Assembly (NCBI GenBank): GCA_977017645.1
Contig: OZ360222.1
Span: forward strand, 107,322,001 to 107,386,000
Reading direction: 5' to 3'
DNA: 64,000 nt
Origin: Torpedo marmorata
Lineage: Eukaryota
This document shows, in pieces, positions 36,836 through 48,095 of this stretch (within the stretch, counting starts at the first letter, position 1; each line of letters opens with the position of its first letter). Both the position numbers and the translations under genes were made by a program. The notes beneath the pieces were generated by a model. It was not told the DNA's origin. It searched no databases and was given only the letters and a program-made list of their open reading frames with translations.

Positions 36836-38985
36836 CTGTGAGGCAATACTCAAAAATACTGGATTTCAAGAGGTAGTACCAATGGGAACCTAAAGATATC
36901 CATCTGGTAAACCAACAAGTCAACCTTGCACCCATGATGTAGTTTATGGCTACACACTGGCTGGATATTCAACAAGAAATAAGCCTAGTGACCAAAATAA
37001 TTACGATATTAGTAACCGATGAGATTTTCTGTGAATATATTTGTTGCCGCCCGAGTGCTTCTGTGCAGCTATAACAATGATGCCATTTGGCATCTCTATA
37101 GGTTCAGGACTGAGAGTAGTAGGTAGATAATTGTTGCCTTTAACAGTGAGAAATATGAAATGGTCCAAATTTAAATGGTAATATTTTCTGCCTTTCTACA
37201 CAAAAACACATTGTAAAATTTAATCTGGTAGAGATAGCTACATCCATGAATAAAAATATACACTATCCAGAATATCCTGCAATTAAGTGGCATATTTTAC
37301 AAGACAAAGGAAAGGATCAAAGTAGCTTACAGAGCTTCAGATAAATATTAGTGATAGGCATTGATGAACAATGTGATTAAGTGTGACTGTCTGTATTTAA
37401 ATGGCAAAAAGGCTTAATATATAATCATCCAATTGACAAATTCACATGGGCAGCATGAATTTTATCTGCATGAATTTGACTGAATTGAGAAGCTAGTGAG
37501 CTTATAAACACTGAATGTGACCTTCTCCTTTCTCCCTGTCTTATTTGTTGAGGTTAGATCAAGACAACAGTAGCGCCTTTTTCATGCAAAAGCAGGGCAT
37601 AAAAATATGCGCAAATTGTATAGTCATAAATTTGTAAAAATCAGATCAGAGAATTAACTGAAACATTGCAGTGGTGAAGAAACACAAAGAAACTAATAAT
37701 TATTATTAGTAAGCTGGAGTTCTAGGCTTCTTAATCATCACAATGTATTTATTTCATGTCAGACACGTTAAGTAGCATTTTGCTTTCAGTTCAGTGACTG
37801 CACTAAATAATATTTTGGCTCTGCGAAAACATTCATCTTAGGCTTTTAAAATGTGCTGCCATGTAGCATAGAGGCCCCATATAAACCTTCTATATCAGCC
37901 ACAAGTTAAACTTCAAAATTTGGTTTACTATTAATCCCATATTTGTACTTAAGTGTGTCCAGCCAGAAGCAGGCTAATTTGGATTTACCACTGGGCTTTT
38001 TTTCTTCTTTCAGGAGGGTGAGGCAGACTAGGCCACAGACCCCCCTCTATTAATGTGCCAATGTAAATGCTGTGATTGACCTACAGAGGGGGAAAAGGGT
38101 GATTTACTTCAAAGCAATCTGACATTACACTTCTAAGCCAGTTTAAAGACACAATTATATTTGAGCTTGGCCTCCAGGAGAGTGGTGCCTGAGCAAAGAG
38201 CTGCAATGTGTTTCCAACTCAATTCAAGGCCATTTCATCAGTTAATGAGGCAAACATTTTAAGTGCTGTATCATTGGGAACCTTTGGATATTCCTCATGT
38301 CAATCTAACAATTCCCAACTATCCATATGGTTAATGGCTACTCACTGGCAGTGTATTCAACAAGAAATAAAACAACACCAAAGGTATTGTACATTTCCAT
38401 TCTAACAGGTTATTTTCTGCCAAAGTACTATATTACCTATAATGTTGCAATATTAATGCTTTATACAGCTACGTACGATGCTGGAATGTGTAAAATGATG
38501 CTTTCCCATTTTTAGTGCCTTTATGTGGTTTCTGGTTCAGTGGGAGAGCCTATAGAAAGTAATGCATGTTTTTAAAGTCTCTGATCTTCATCCATGAAAG
38601 TTGGCCTCTGGGCAAAACTGAGGTATAGAGGCAACCTGCTTCACATTACAGTTTTCCAGTACCAGCAAAGACTACCAGATTTTTGTTGCCAATGGCACAC
38701 CAGCAGTACAAAACCCCACAGAAATAATATTTATCCTACACATAGTTCTCCCTTTGTCTATTATAGCAAAAAAAATCTGCCCAGCATTAATTGTGGAGCA
38801 CACTGCCTCAATGGTCATCAGCCTAAGTTCCACCATCAATGTATACATACTAAGATCGGTAGAAATAAGATGATGCCTGTATTCAACCTCATAAGAGTTT
38901 CATATTACATCAAATTCACAAAACGAGGAGACTTCCATTTCCATTTTATAATGTTCCAATTTCATGCCTTGAGACTTCCAAAGAA

Positions 38986-39063
38986 ATCTCTCTCTCTCCT
39001 CCCTCTCTTCCTCCCCCTCTCCCCTCTCCCCCTCTCTCCCCTCCCCCTCTCTCCTCTCTCCCA
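38986..39063. repeat. Pure polypyrimidine (CT-rich) tract
   Basis: About 78 nt containing only C and T. Confidence 0.95.
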
Positions 39064-39624
39064 CATACTACTGTATATTCCAATTTTACTCAGGGGCTCG
39101 TGCATCATCTGTTAATACACTCCTTGCCAGATCCCATCTGCATTTCATTCACCAAACCAACAGCAGGAAAGACAAATGTTTCAAAATACGTTTTAATAGA
39201 AAAATAATCGCTAAGAATCTGCCAGTGACACGGAACTCTGGGTAGTATAGATTTGTCATTTCTTTTTGCTGCTGCATTGTGTTGTCTTAGCAGTTAGAAA
39301 CTCTCATTTCTTTCTTATGGATGGAAACCTTGAAAGATGTCTTTCAAATGCTGTGATACAGTTCTTTTTTTGCACCATTTTTGTTTGCTCCTCCCCCTCA
39401 CTCAACTATTTGTTTAAATCCACAGTGAGAAAATAAAGACTAGCATTGCTTGACTCTGTTCCAGATGCACTCCTAATCTTATGGACACTGCCCACAAAGT
39501 CTCAGTGGGAGACTCCCATGGGAGTAGTTTTTATCTCACATTGCAGTTATATCATGTTGACTTTCATCTGTCCTCGGCCTACAGTGTCCACGTTAGCCAT
39601 CAGGTATCTATCAATACTAAGCAA

Positions 39625-39770
39625 ACAATGAACTGCTAGAGGAACTCAGCAGGTCAGACAGCGTCCATGGGTAAAAATGGTCAGCCAACATTCAGATCGC
39701 GACCCTTCATCAAGTCTTGATTGATCATTGTTTACTCAAGATTCCAGCATCTGTAGTCTTTATGTTTCCC
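39625..39770 (-). mobile_element. Old Penelope pLTR remnant
   Basis: AACTCAGCAGGTCAGACAGC...GACCCTTCATCAAG is similar to the other pLTR copies. Confidence 0.6.
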
Positions 39771-39920
39771 TAAATACCTATCGTTACTAACACCATATAC
39801 CATCTTTTGGCCCACAGCCTTCTACGTTGTAGCATGTCAGGTGCTCGCATTCAGAATGTTTGCGAGAGAACCCCTCAGAGAGTATCCCTCAATCTCAACT
39901 GCTATTACAAAAATCTAGCC

Positions 39921-40205
39921 TCTCCTGTCTCCACCATCCTCTCCTGTCTCCACCATCCTCTCCTGTCTCCACCATCCTCTCCTGTTTCCACCATCCTCTC
40001 CTGTCTCCACCATCCTCTCCTGTCTCCACCATCCTCTCCTGTCTCCACCATCCTCTCCTGTCTCCACCATCCTCTCCTGTCTCCACCATCCTCTCCTGTT
40101 TCCACCATCCTCTCCTGTCTCCACCATCCTCTCCTGTCTCCACCATCCTCTCCTGTCTCCACCATCCTCTCCTGTCTCCACCATCCTCTCCTGTCTCCAC
40201 CATCC
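39921..40205. repeat. 19-bp minisatellite (TCTCCTGTCTCCACCATCC)x15
   Basis: 285 bp equals 15 units. Units 4 and 10 carry the same C>T variant. Confidence 0.97.
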
Positions 40206-41609
40206 TCTCTGGCAGCCTGTTCCAGATTTCAACCACTCTTTGAATGCAAAAAAATTCTTCCTCAAATCTCCTCCAAATGTCTTAAACACAAGTTCTCTGG
40301 CTATCGACACTACTGCAAACAGAAAATATTTCTCAATATTTATGCTATCTATACCCTTCTTAATTTTGTTGACCTCACTCAAATTATCTCTCAATTTCCT
40401 CTGCTATAAAAAAAATCTAGCCTCTCCAGTTTCTCCTCATTGCTGAAATGCTATCCAGGCAACATCCTGGGGAATCCTCTCTGCAGCCACTCCAAAGCAG
40501 TCATGTCCTTCCGATAGGGCAGCAAGTAGAACTGGACACAGTACTCCACCTGGGACCAACTACTATTTAATACAAGTTGTCCCACAACTTCCTTGATCTT
40601 ATATACCAGGTTCTATCTAATAATGGCAAATATCCTGTATGCTTTTTTTTCACCACCTTATCTATTTGTGCTGCTGCCTTTAGATGTCCATGGACGTACA
40701 CCAAGGTTGATCAGTTCCTCATTACTTCCCAGGGACTTACCACTCAAGTCTCTACACAAGTCCTGTTGCTCTTCCCAAAATGAAGGACTAAATTCCACCT
40801 GCCATTGCTTTGCACCTCTTATGAACTCATCAATATAACTCAATAGACACAGAATGTTACTGTACACAAGAAACAGAAAGAGACCCAGCACCATTCCCTG
40901 TGACTGGTTACAGGCTTCCAATCACAAAACAAACTTCTACCTCTTATCACCAAGCCAATTTCAGATCCAATTGGTCGTTTTCCTGGATCCCATGGGCCCT
41001 TGCATTTTGGACGTTTTCCATGTAGGACCTTGTCAAAGGCCTTACTGAAATCCATGTAAACTATATCAACTGCCTTACCCTCACTGACACACTTATTCAC
41101 CTCCCTGAAAAATTCAGTCAAGCTCGTCAAATAGGGTTTCCCCTTAACAATTCCGCATTTCCAAGTCCATATTTATCCTGTCCCTCAGATTTTATTTTCA
41201 ATGGTTTCCCTACCACTGACATAAAATTCACAGACCTATAATTACCTTGCTTATCTTCTTGAGTAAAGATGCCACATTTGCTGTCCTCTTGTCATCTGGC
41301 ACTTCAGGTATCATCAGAAAAGATTTGAACATTTCTGTCAGGAGCCCAGTAATCACCACCCTTGTCTCCCATTGCCATCTGAGATACATTTCATCAAGCC
41401 CTGCTAGCTTATTCATCTTTAAGTCTGCTATGACATCAAATAGCTCTTCCTTTTTTTAATGCTAACTTGTTTTAAAATTTCACTGTTCTCATTCCTGAAT
41501 TCGCCAAACATCACATCATGTCCATTTCCCAGGTGAATATGCTGAGAACTATTCATTTAGGACCTCACCTGTGTCCTATGGCTCCTCAGATTGGTTCTTT
41601 GGTCCTTCC

Positions 41610-41790
41610 TTAATTTAGGCATACAGCACGGTAACAGGCCCTTCTGGCCCACACGTCCGTGCCGCTCAAATACAGCAATTAACCAACAATCGCCGTACAT
41701 TTTTTTGAGATTGGAAAAACCCACACAGGTCATGGGGAGAATGTACAAACTCCTTTCAGACTGCGCTGGATTTGAACCCGGCTAACTGGT
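41610..41790 (-). mobile_element. V-SINE/HE1-like SINE, partial
   Basis: Reverse tail ATACAGCACGGTAACAGGCC and B box (GGATTTGAACCC on plus). Confidence 0.8.
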
Positions 41791-42130
41791 TGTTTCCTTG
41801 CGCTTAATAAAACACTTTTCGGGATTTTCCTGAATCTTGGCCACCAATACTACTCTGTGACCTCTTATTTTCCTCCGAATTGCTTTTGTTTTTAAAGTTT
41901 CACACAATATATTCTGTTCTCCTGCATCTTTTATTGATCCAATCCTCAATATCCCCTGACCTCCTTGGTTCCTTGAACTTGTTGGCTTACCTTTCACCCT
42001 TCCAGGAACATATTGGCCCTGAATTTTCACAACGTCACTTTTGATTTCTTCCAATTAGTTGCATATGGACTTAGCTGAAAGTTGCTGGTCACAACCCACT
42101 TTAATCAGCTCCTGTGCTATCTCATTAGGA

Positions 42131-42238
42131 CACGTACCAGGGGTGTAGGTTAATTGGGTGCAAATTGGGCGGCACGGACTCGTGGGCCGAAATAGCCTGT
42201 TACCGTGCTGTATGTCTAAATTTTTTTTAAAATTAAAA
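42131..42238 (+). mobile_element. 5'-truncated SINE (3' part only)
   Basis: CGTACCAGGGGTGTAGGTTAATTGGG...GGGCCGAAATAGCCTGTTACCGTGCTGTATGTCTAAA. Confidence 0.85.
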
Positions 42239-42538
42239 TCAGCCTTCTCCTAAATCAGGACCTTAATTTCCATTCTATCTTGTCCTGCCCCATAACCACC
42301 TGAAAACCTGCAAGATTCTGGTCACTATCAAGTCAACATCCTTTCCATTTACTTGGCTACATTCCCAAAGATTAGATCAAGTACTGTCCCTTCTCTAGTA
42401 GGACTAACCAATATTGACTCAAAGCTTTCCAGATGCACTTTAAATATTTCACCTCCTGTAAGCCTTTCACACCAAAGTGTTCCCAGAAGTTAAAATGTCC
42501 TACCACTGTTCTCCTATTGTTTTTGCACTTTAGATTAA

Positions 42539-42771
42539 CAGGGGTGGCCAACCTTTTAATTTTTAATTTAGACATACAGCACGGTAACAGGCCATTTAGA
42601 CATACAGCACGGTAACAGGCCATTTCGGCCCACGAGTACGTACCGGGGGTGTAGGTTAATTGGGCGGCACAGACTCGTGGGCCGAAATGGCCTGTTACCG
42701 TGCTGTATGTCTAAATGGCCTGTTACCGTGCTGTATGTCTAAATTAAAAATTAAAAGGTTGGCCACCCCTG
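42539..42771. mobile_element. Hairpin MITE with hAT termini and SINE-derived arms, copy 2
   Basis: Same termini as 9577-9753 with the loop in the opposite orientation. A 28-bp tandem duplication is present in both arms. Flanks GATTAA(CA) / GATTAGCA form an imperfect TSD. Confidence 0.9.
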
Positions 42772-43698
42772 GATTAGCATATATTTTATAATAATCCATA
42801 AAGGTTCCAAGAAGGCTCTCAGCAACCACTTTCCTCATGAGGCCAATGCAAAACACAATCCAGTCAATAATCTCAAGCAAGAGGGATCATAATAAGTCTC
42901 CTTACCAACTATTCCATTAAATATGATTCTGCCTCCATTTCCTTATATCTATATACTGCCAATGTACATCAATCTTCTGCACTTCTATCTCTTGGAACTT
43001 ACTGCTATGAACAGATTTTGTAACTAGATTTTGGAAAACCCACCTCACTGCTAAACTCTGCCCTAAAAGGAAAATAATTCCTGAAAATTAGATGCCCTGG
43101 CAGCAAGTAGATTTTGCTATAATCCCTACCAGTGAAAGTACCTTTGGTAAACCATCTTACTTACTTATTGCAATACTGGAGGAGGGCATTCAGCCCAATG
43201 GGTCAATGCTGTCTCCCAGAAGAACAAACCAATCAGTCCCATTCTCCCTTTCTTACTTCACTGTACACCTGTAAATTATCTCCTCTCATACGTCCATCCA
43301 CTTCCCCTTTGATTATTTTACCACTTACTGGGGTAATTTACAGGTGGATATTTTTTAAATTATTCATCCAAGGGATGTGGACTTCACAGGCTGAGCTAAC
43401 ATTTAATTGCCCACCCCTATTTGCCCTTGAGAAGGTGGTGGTGAGCTTCCTTCTTGTACCACTGCAGTCCTTGAGCTGTGCAGTTTGGGAGAGAGGTTCC
43501 AGGATTTAGACTCAGCAATGGTGAAGACACAGCCATATATTTCTCAGTCAGGGTGGTGTACAACTTGGAGAGCAACTTCCAGATGGTGGTGTTCTCATTT
43601 ATTTTTGCCGCTCTTGTCCTTCTAGCTGGCAGAGGTTGTGGGATTGGAAGGTGTTACCTAAGCAGTCTTGGTGAGTTGCTGCACTGTATCCTGTAGAT

Positions 43699-44795
43699 CA
43701 GGGTTTCCCAAACTGGGTTCCGTGGAAAAGAGTAAGGGTTCCGTGGAAGAGTGACAGGGAGTAATAATGTGATACCTGTTTTTCTTTAATTTACTTATTT
43801 CTTCTGTCCTTAATTCAATTTGTTTCTGGGACGGCAGCAAACTGTACACTCCACCCAAAAAAAAAGGCGTCATGAGGCCTGACGTCAGCAGTGCAGACGT
43901 CAGGCCTGCGCATCATTTTTAACCAATGAGAATCCGAATTCTTCTGGCGCGAAGCCGGCGAAGGAGCTGACCATATTGTGCCCAACATTAAGAAGATCTG
44001 TGACGGCAACAAATAATTTCAACTTGGAGAATGGTAAGTTTATTTATTTTCTTACTATACTTTTTTATATACCAGGTATTGCAATAGTGGCGCACTTCTT
44101 TTTAATTATTTTTAATGGGGCGGCATGGTTGGCGTAGTGGCTAGCGCAACGCCTTTACAGCACCAGCAATCGGGACCGGGGTTCGAATCCCGCGCTGTCT
44201 GTAAGGAGTTCTCCCCCTGTCTGCGTGGGTTTTCCCCGGGGGCTCCAGTTTCCTCCCACTGTTCGAAATGTACCGGGGGTGTAGGTTAATTGGGTGTAAA
44301 TTGGGCGGCATGGACTCGTGGGCCGAAATGGCCTGTTACCGTGCTGTATGTGCAAATTTTTTAAAATGTAATCATACTTACCTCAAAAAATCTGAAAGAA
44401 TCATCAGAAAATTATCGAATATTACAATTTCTTAGTAATACAGAATTATTAAGGGATAAATAAAAACTAAACTTAATTTCTTTGAGAATAAATAAATACA
44501 CGTAAGTATAAAAAAGGATTCCACTTTTTCATCACTTTGTATATTTACACATGCATTATTTAAATTTAAAAGTGAAAAGATTAAATCCCAAATCAACCGT
44601 TTCAACCTTTGTTTGAACACAAGGTAAATTATTTTATTTATCTCTTATTATTATCATTACTTGCGGGGGTGTTTCTCATTATTGTAATAACGAGGGAGCA
44701 CTGTACTTCCGCAAACTGTACATGAAGATTAGGGTTCCGCCATTTCGAAGTGCTCCCTAAAAGGGTTTCATGAGCTAAAAGTTTGGGAAACCCTG
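43699..44795. mobile_element. Non-autonomous hAT (Charlie-like) element containing a SINE
   Basis: Perfect 16-bp TIR CAGGGTTTCCCAAACT. Perfect 8-bp TSD CTGTAGAT (43691-43698, 44796-44803). Confidence 0.93.
44117..44365 (+). mobile_element. Full-length young V-SINE/HE1-like SINE
   Basis: A box TGGCGTAGTGG, B box GGTTCGAATCC, V-like central domain and CR1-type tail. Confidence 0.92.
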
Positions 44796-45884
44796 CTGTA
44801 GATGGTACAAACGGCTGCCTTGGTAGCAGAGTGAGTGAATGGTTGTGGATGAGATGCCTATCAAGCAGGTTGCTATGACCTGCATGGTGTCAAATTTCCT
44901 GAGAGCTGCTGAAGCTGCACTAATCTAGGCAAGTGGAGAGTGACTTGACTTGAGCTTGTGGATGGTGGATAGGGTTTGGGCAGTTAGAAAATGAATTACA
45001 AGCCTCAGGATTCCAAGCCTTTGCCCTGCTCTCGTAGCCACGTTGTATAGATGGCTACTCTAGTTCAGTTTCTGGTCATTCAGTGATGGTAATGCCATTG
45101 AATTTCAGTGGTGATTTATTTTTGTTGGATATCGTCATTGTTTGGCCCATGTGATGTAAATATTACTCGCCCAGCATTAACCTACCAGAACATCTTTGGG
45201 ATGCACGAGGTACCAAAGCACCCAGTGGAAATCTACATGGTCATGTGAAGACCCTACAAAGTCCATACAGACTCCCAAGGTCAGGTCTGAACCCAGATTC
45301 TTGATACTGTGAGACAGCAGCACTAACTATGCAGCCTTTCTCTTAAGCTTGGCTGTAATAAAGAATAACGACGAGAGGGGCCTCCCCATTTTTTTCCATC
45401 TCCATTCTTTCTCCACATTCCTCTTTCATTTCTTTTAAGACTATAAGCTTCCACTCCTAGCCCACACCTAAGAAACCTTCTTCTCTGTCATACTAGAGAA
45501 AGTGAGGGAAGCATCACAGCCTTCCAATGTCCTGATCCAACGCTTAGACAAAGATTCCCTTACCAGTAGAAGTAATGAGCAGAAATAGTGACCAAGTTTT
45601 CCCCAACCCAGCCCAATACCATGATCAATTGCAGCATGTTCTTCTACAACCCACTGACAAACATCATCCAGTTTGAAGCACTTTTACTTGGTTCTTTAAT
45701 ACGTGTAAAAGCCACATGCAAACTATGCTTGATCTCCGATTAAGAGTTTGCCATGATTTGGAATTTGATAGCAAAGCAGAATTTTTTCTTTTAATTTTAG
45801 CAAGGTAAGTAATACAAGATTCATAGCAGGCCACTTGCCCCAGCAAGTTGGCAGTAACCATCAACCAACAACTTCACCCAGATT

Positions 45885-45975
45885 CTGCCACTCACAAGGT
45901 GCAATTTACAATAATCAATTAACCTACGAACCCACGCATCACTGGGATGTGGGAGGAAAACGGAGTACCCGAGGT
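45885..45975 (-). mobile_element. Old SINE central-domain fragment
   Basis: CAATTAACCTAC...GGGATGTGGGAGGAAAACGGAGTACCCG. Confidence 0.65.
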
Positions 45976-46824
45976 TCTGGAGTTTACAATATATTGGGAT
46001 TGATTAATTAAGGAAATTGGCCTGAGATTGCCAAACCAGAGTTAAAGACTTTCAAACACAAGTTAAATTCATTGCAAACCTTTTGTGCTGGCCTAAAAAA
46101 TATAACACTGCAAACTGGCTCTGGCCCCAGAACTGCCCTTTTGAAGTCTTTGGAGAAAGTTTTAAAATTATTATTTTTTTGTTCAAAGAAACTTTCTGCA
46201 CATTTCAAAAGATTTTATATATTTATTAAAAATGATTTTGTGCTCTCTTGTAAATAGAAAATCAGTCCAAATAGCATTTTACTTATTTTCAGTACATTAA
46301 AGATCTCAACAAAACCATTAGAAGTCCTTAATTTATTCTGATAAACATAGATAAACCTGGCTACCACTCTTAAATATGACAGGGATTTTTTAAAAATTCA
46401 AAATGGTAAAAATAATCATGTTCTAAAGCTTTGCCTGATTATGCAGTTTCATAGATGCTTTTACATTTGTGACAATGCCAATGAATTTGAGTGGAAACCT
46501 GAACTAGAACTATGGAAAACCAGCAGAATTCTTTTGTGCCCAGCTTGCCAGCAAAATAGTCCAATTTCCTTTCTTAGAACTGTAAAGAAAAGCAAAGGTG
46601 GGGGGATAATCAGAGTCTGAAATTCCCCTTGTGTGTGTTGGTGCACTTTGTGCTTTCTGCAAAGCCAAGATGTTTCCTGTTCAAGACCAAAGTTGTTGGT
46701 TATGACAATTTGATTGAGAATCATATTTAACTTACTTGAATTACCATTCTTTCAAAATGAAAATAACACAATTCAATATGGAGAGAACTCTAGATGGCTC
46801 TGCCCTAATGATGTCATCAAATGG

Positions 46825-48095
46825 CCTCAGCACCCTCTTCCCTCTAACTGGATCCATGACTTCCTGTCTAACAGATCGCAATCAGTGAAGATGGGTAACA
46901 ACATCTCCTCCATGATCACACTCAGCACTGGCGCTCCTCAAGGATGAACTTAGTCTCCTCCTACAAGCCCTCTATACCCATGACTGTACAGCTAAATACT
47001 GTTCCATCTCGATCTTCAAATTTGCTGACAACACCACAGAAGGGGGCCGGGTATCAAATAACGATGAGATGGAATCCTGGAAAGAGACTGAAAGTCTGGT
47101 GCCAAGATAACAACTTCTCTTTCAACCTCAGTTAAATGAAGGAAATGATCATTGACTTCAGAAGCGAAGACAGAATATACAAACCTGTCCATAATAATGG
47201 CAGCTAAGTGGAAGGAGCAGATAGCTTCAAGTTCTCAGAAATAAGGCAGCACGGTTAACGCAACGCTGTTACAGCGGCAGCGATCAGGACCAGGGTTCGA
47301 ATCCCGCGCTGTCTGTAAGGAGTTTGTACGTCCTCCCCGTGTCTGCGTGGGTTTTCCCCGGAGGCTCCGGTTTCCTCCCACCCTCCAAAACGTACCGGGG
47401 GTTGCAGGTCAATTGGGTGTGATTGGGCGGCACGGGCTCGTGGGCCGAAATGGCCTGTTACCGTGCTGTATGTCTAAATTTAAAAATAACCTGACATGGG
47501 ACAAAAACACTGCCACGACAGTCAAGAAAGCACACCAACGCCTCTATTTTCATGGAAGACAAAGGAAGTTCGGCATGTCTCCCTTGTCCTTCAACAACTT
47601 CTTCAGGAGCACCATTGAAAGCATACTTACTGGATGCATCACAGCGTGGTATGGGAGCTGCTCGGCTCAAGATTGGAAAACTCTTCAGATGGTGGTGATT
47701 GAAGCTCAGAACATAGCACAAACTTCCCTCCCCTCCATGGACTGCATCTACATCTCCCGCTGCCTAGGAAAGGCAGCCAACATATTGAAAGACCCATCAC
47801 ATCGTGGACACACACTGTTCTCCTTGCTCTCATCACAGAGAGTGTGAAAGCAAACACCAACAGATTTAAAGGCAGTTTCATCCCCGCAGCCATCAGGTCC
47901 TGAATGAACCCCGTAAATGTCCTATCATGCTGTCCTTGTTGGTACTAATTTATCATTCTTTCATTGCAGTCCTATGCTCTGTAAATTGTGCTCATTACGC
48001 GATTGTATAAATGTTGGAGATAATTTGTTAGTCTGCTCACAGAAAAACCCTTCTCACTGTACTAGGTACAACGTGACAGATAAACTTAAATATTG
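46825..48095 (+). mobile_element. Degraded Rex1/Babar-like LINE 3' half
   Basis: [64 protein letters not shown]. Frameshifted and paralogous to 1-955. Confidence 0.88.
47245..47483 (+). mobile_element. Young V-SINE/HE1-like SINE inserted in Rex1
   Basis: B box GGTTCGAATCC, central domain and tail. Possible short TSD AAATAA. Confidence 0.9.

Larger units (their letters stand above)
39795..42530 (-). mobile_element. Degraded CR1/HER1-like LINE (EN to RT to 3' end) with nested repeats
   Basis: Minus-strand ORF pieces LTEFFREV..AVDIVYMDFSKAFDKVLH, AGLDEMYLR and ANVASLLKK. Interrupted by a minisatellite and two SINE pieces. Confidence 0.85.
43348..45172 (-). mobile_element. L2/CR1-group LINE 3' region, split by a hAT insertion
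   Basis: The minus strand near 43420-43471 encodes GLQWYKKEAHHHLLKG, an ORF2 C-terminus. The sequence resumes after the TSD at 44796. It is flanked by two halves of an old SINE (~43260-43347 and ~45175-45335). Confidence 0.65.

Noticed and set aside
39807-40409. Repetitive ORFs on both strands and a possible CRISPR-like array
   Set aside because: Produced by a head-to-tail 19-bp minisatellite without spacers, in eukaryotic DNA.
44117-44195. tRNA-like sequence with A and B boxes
   Set aside because: It is the SINE head and continues into the SINE body and tail. No complete cloverleaf is evident.
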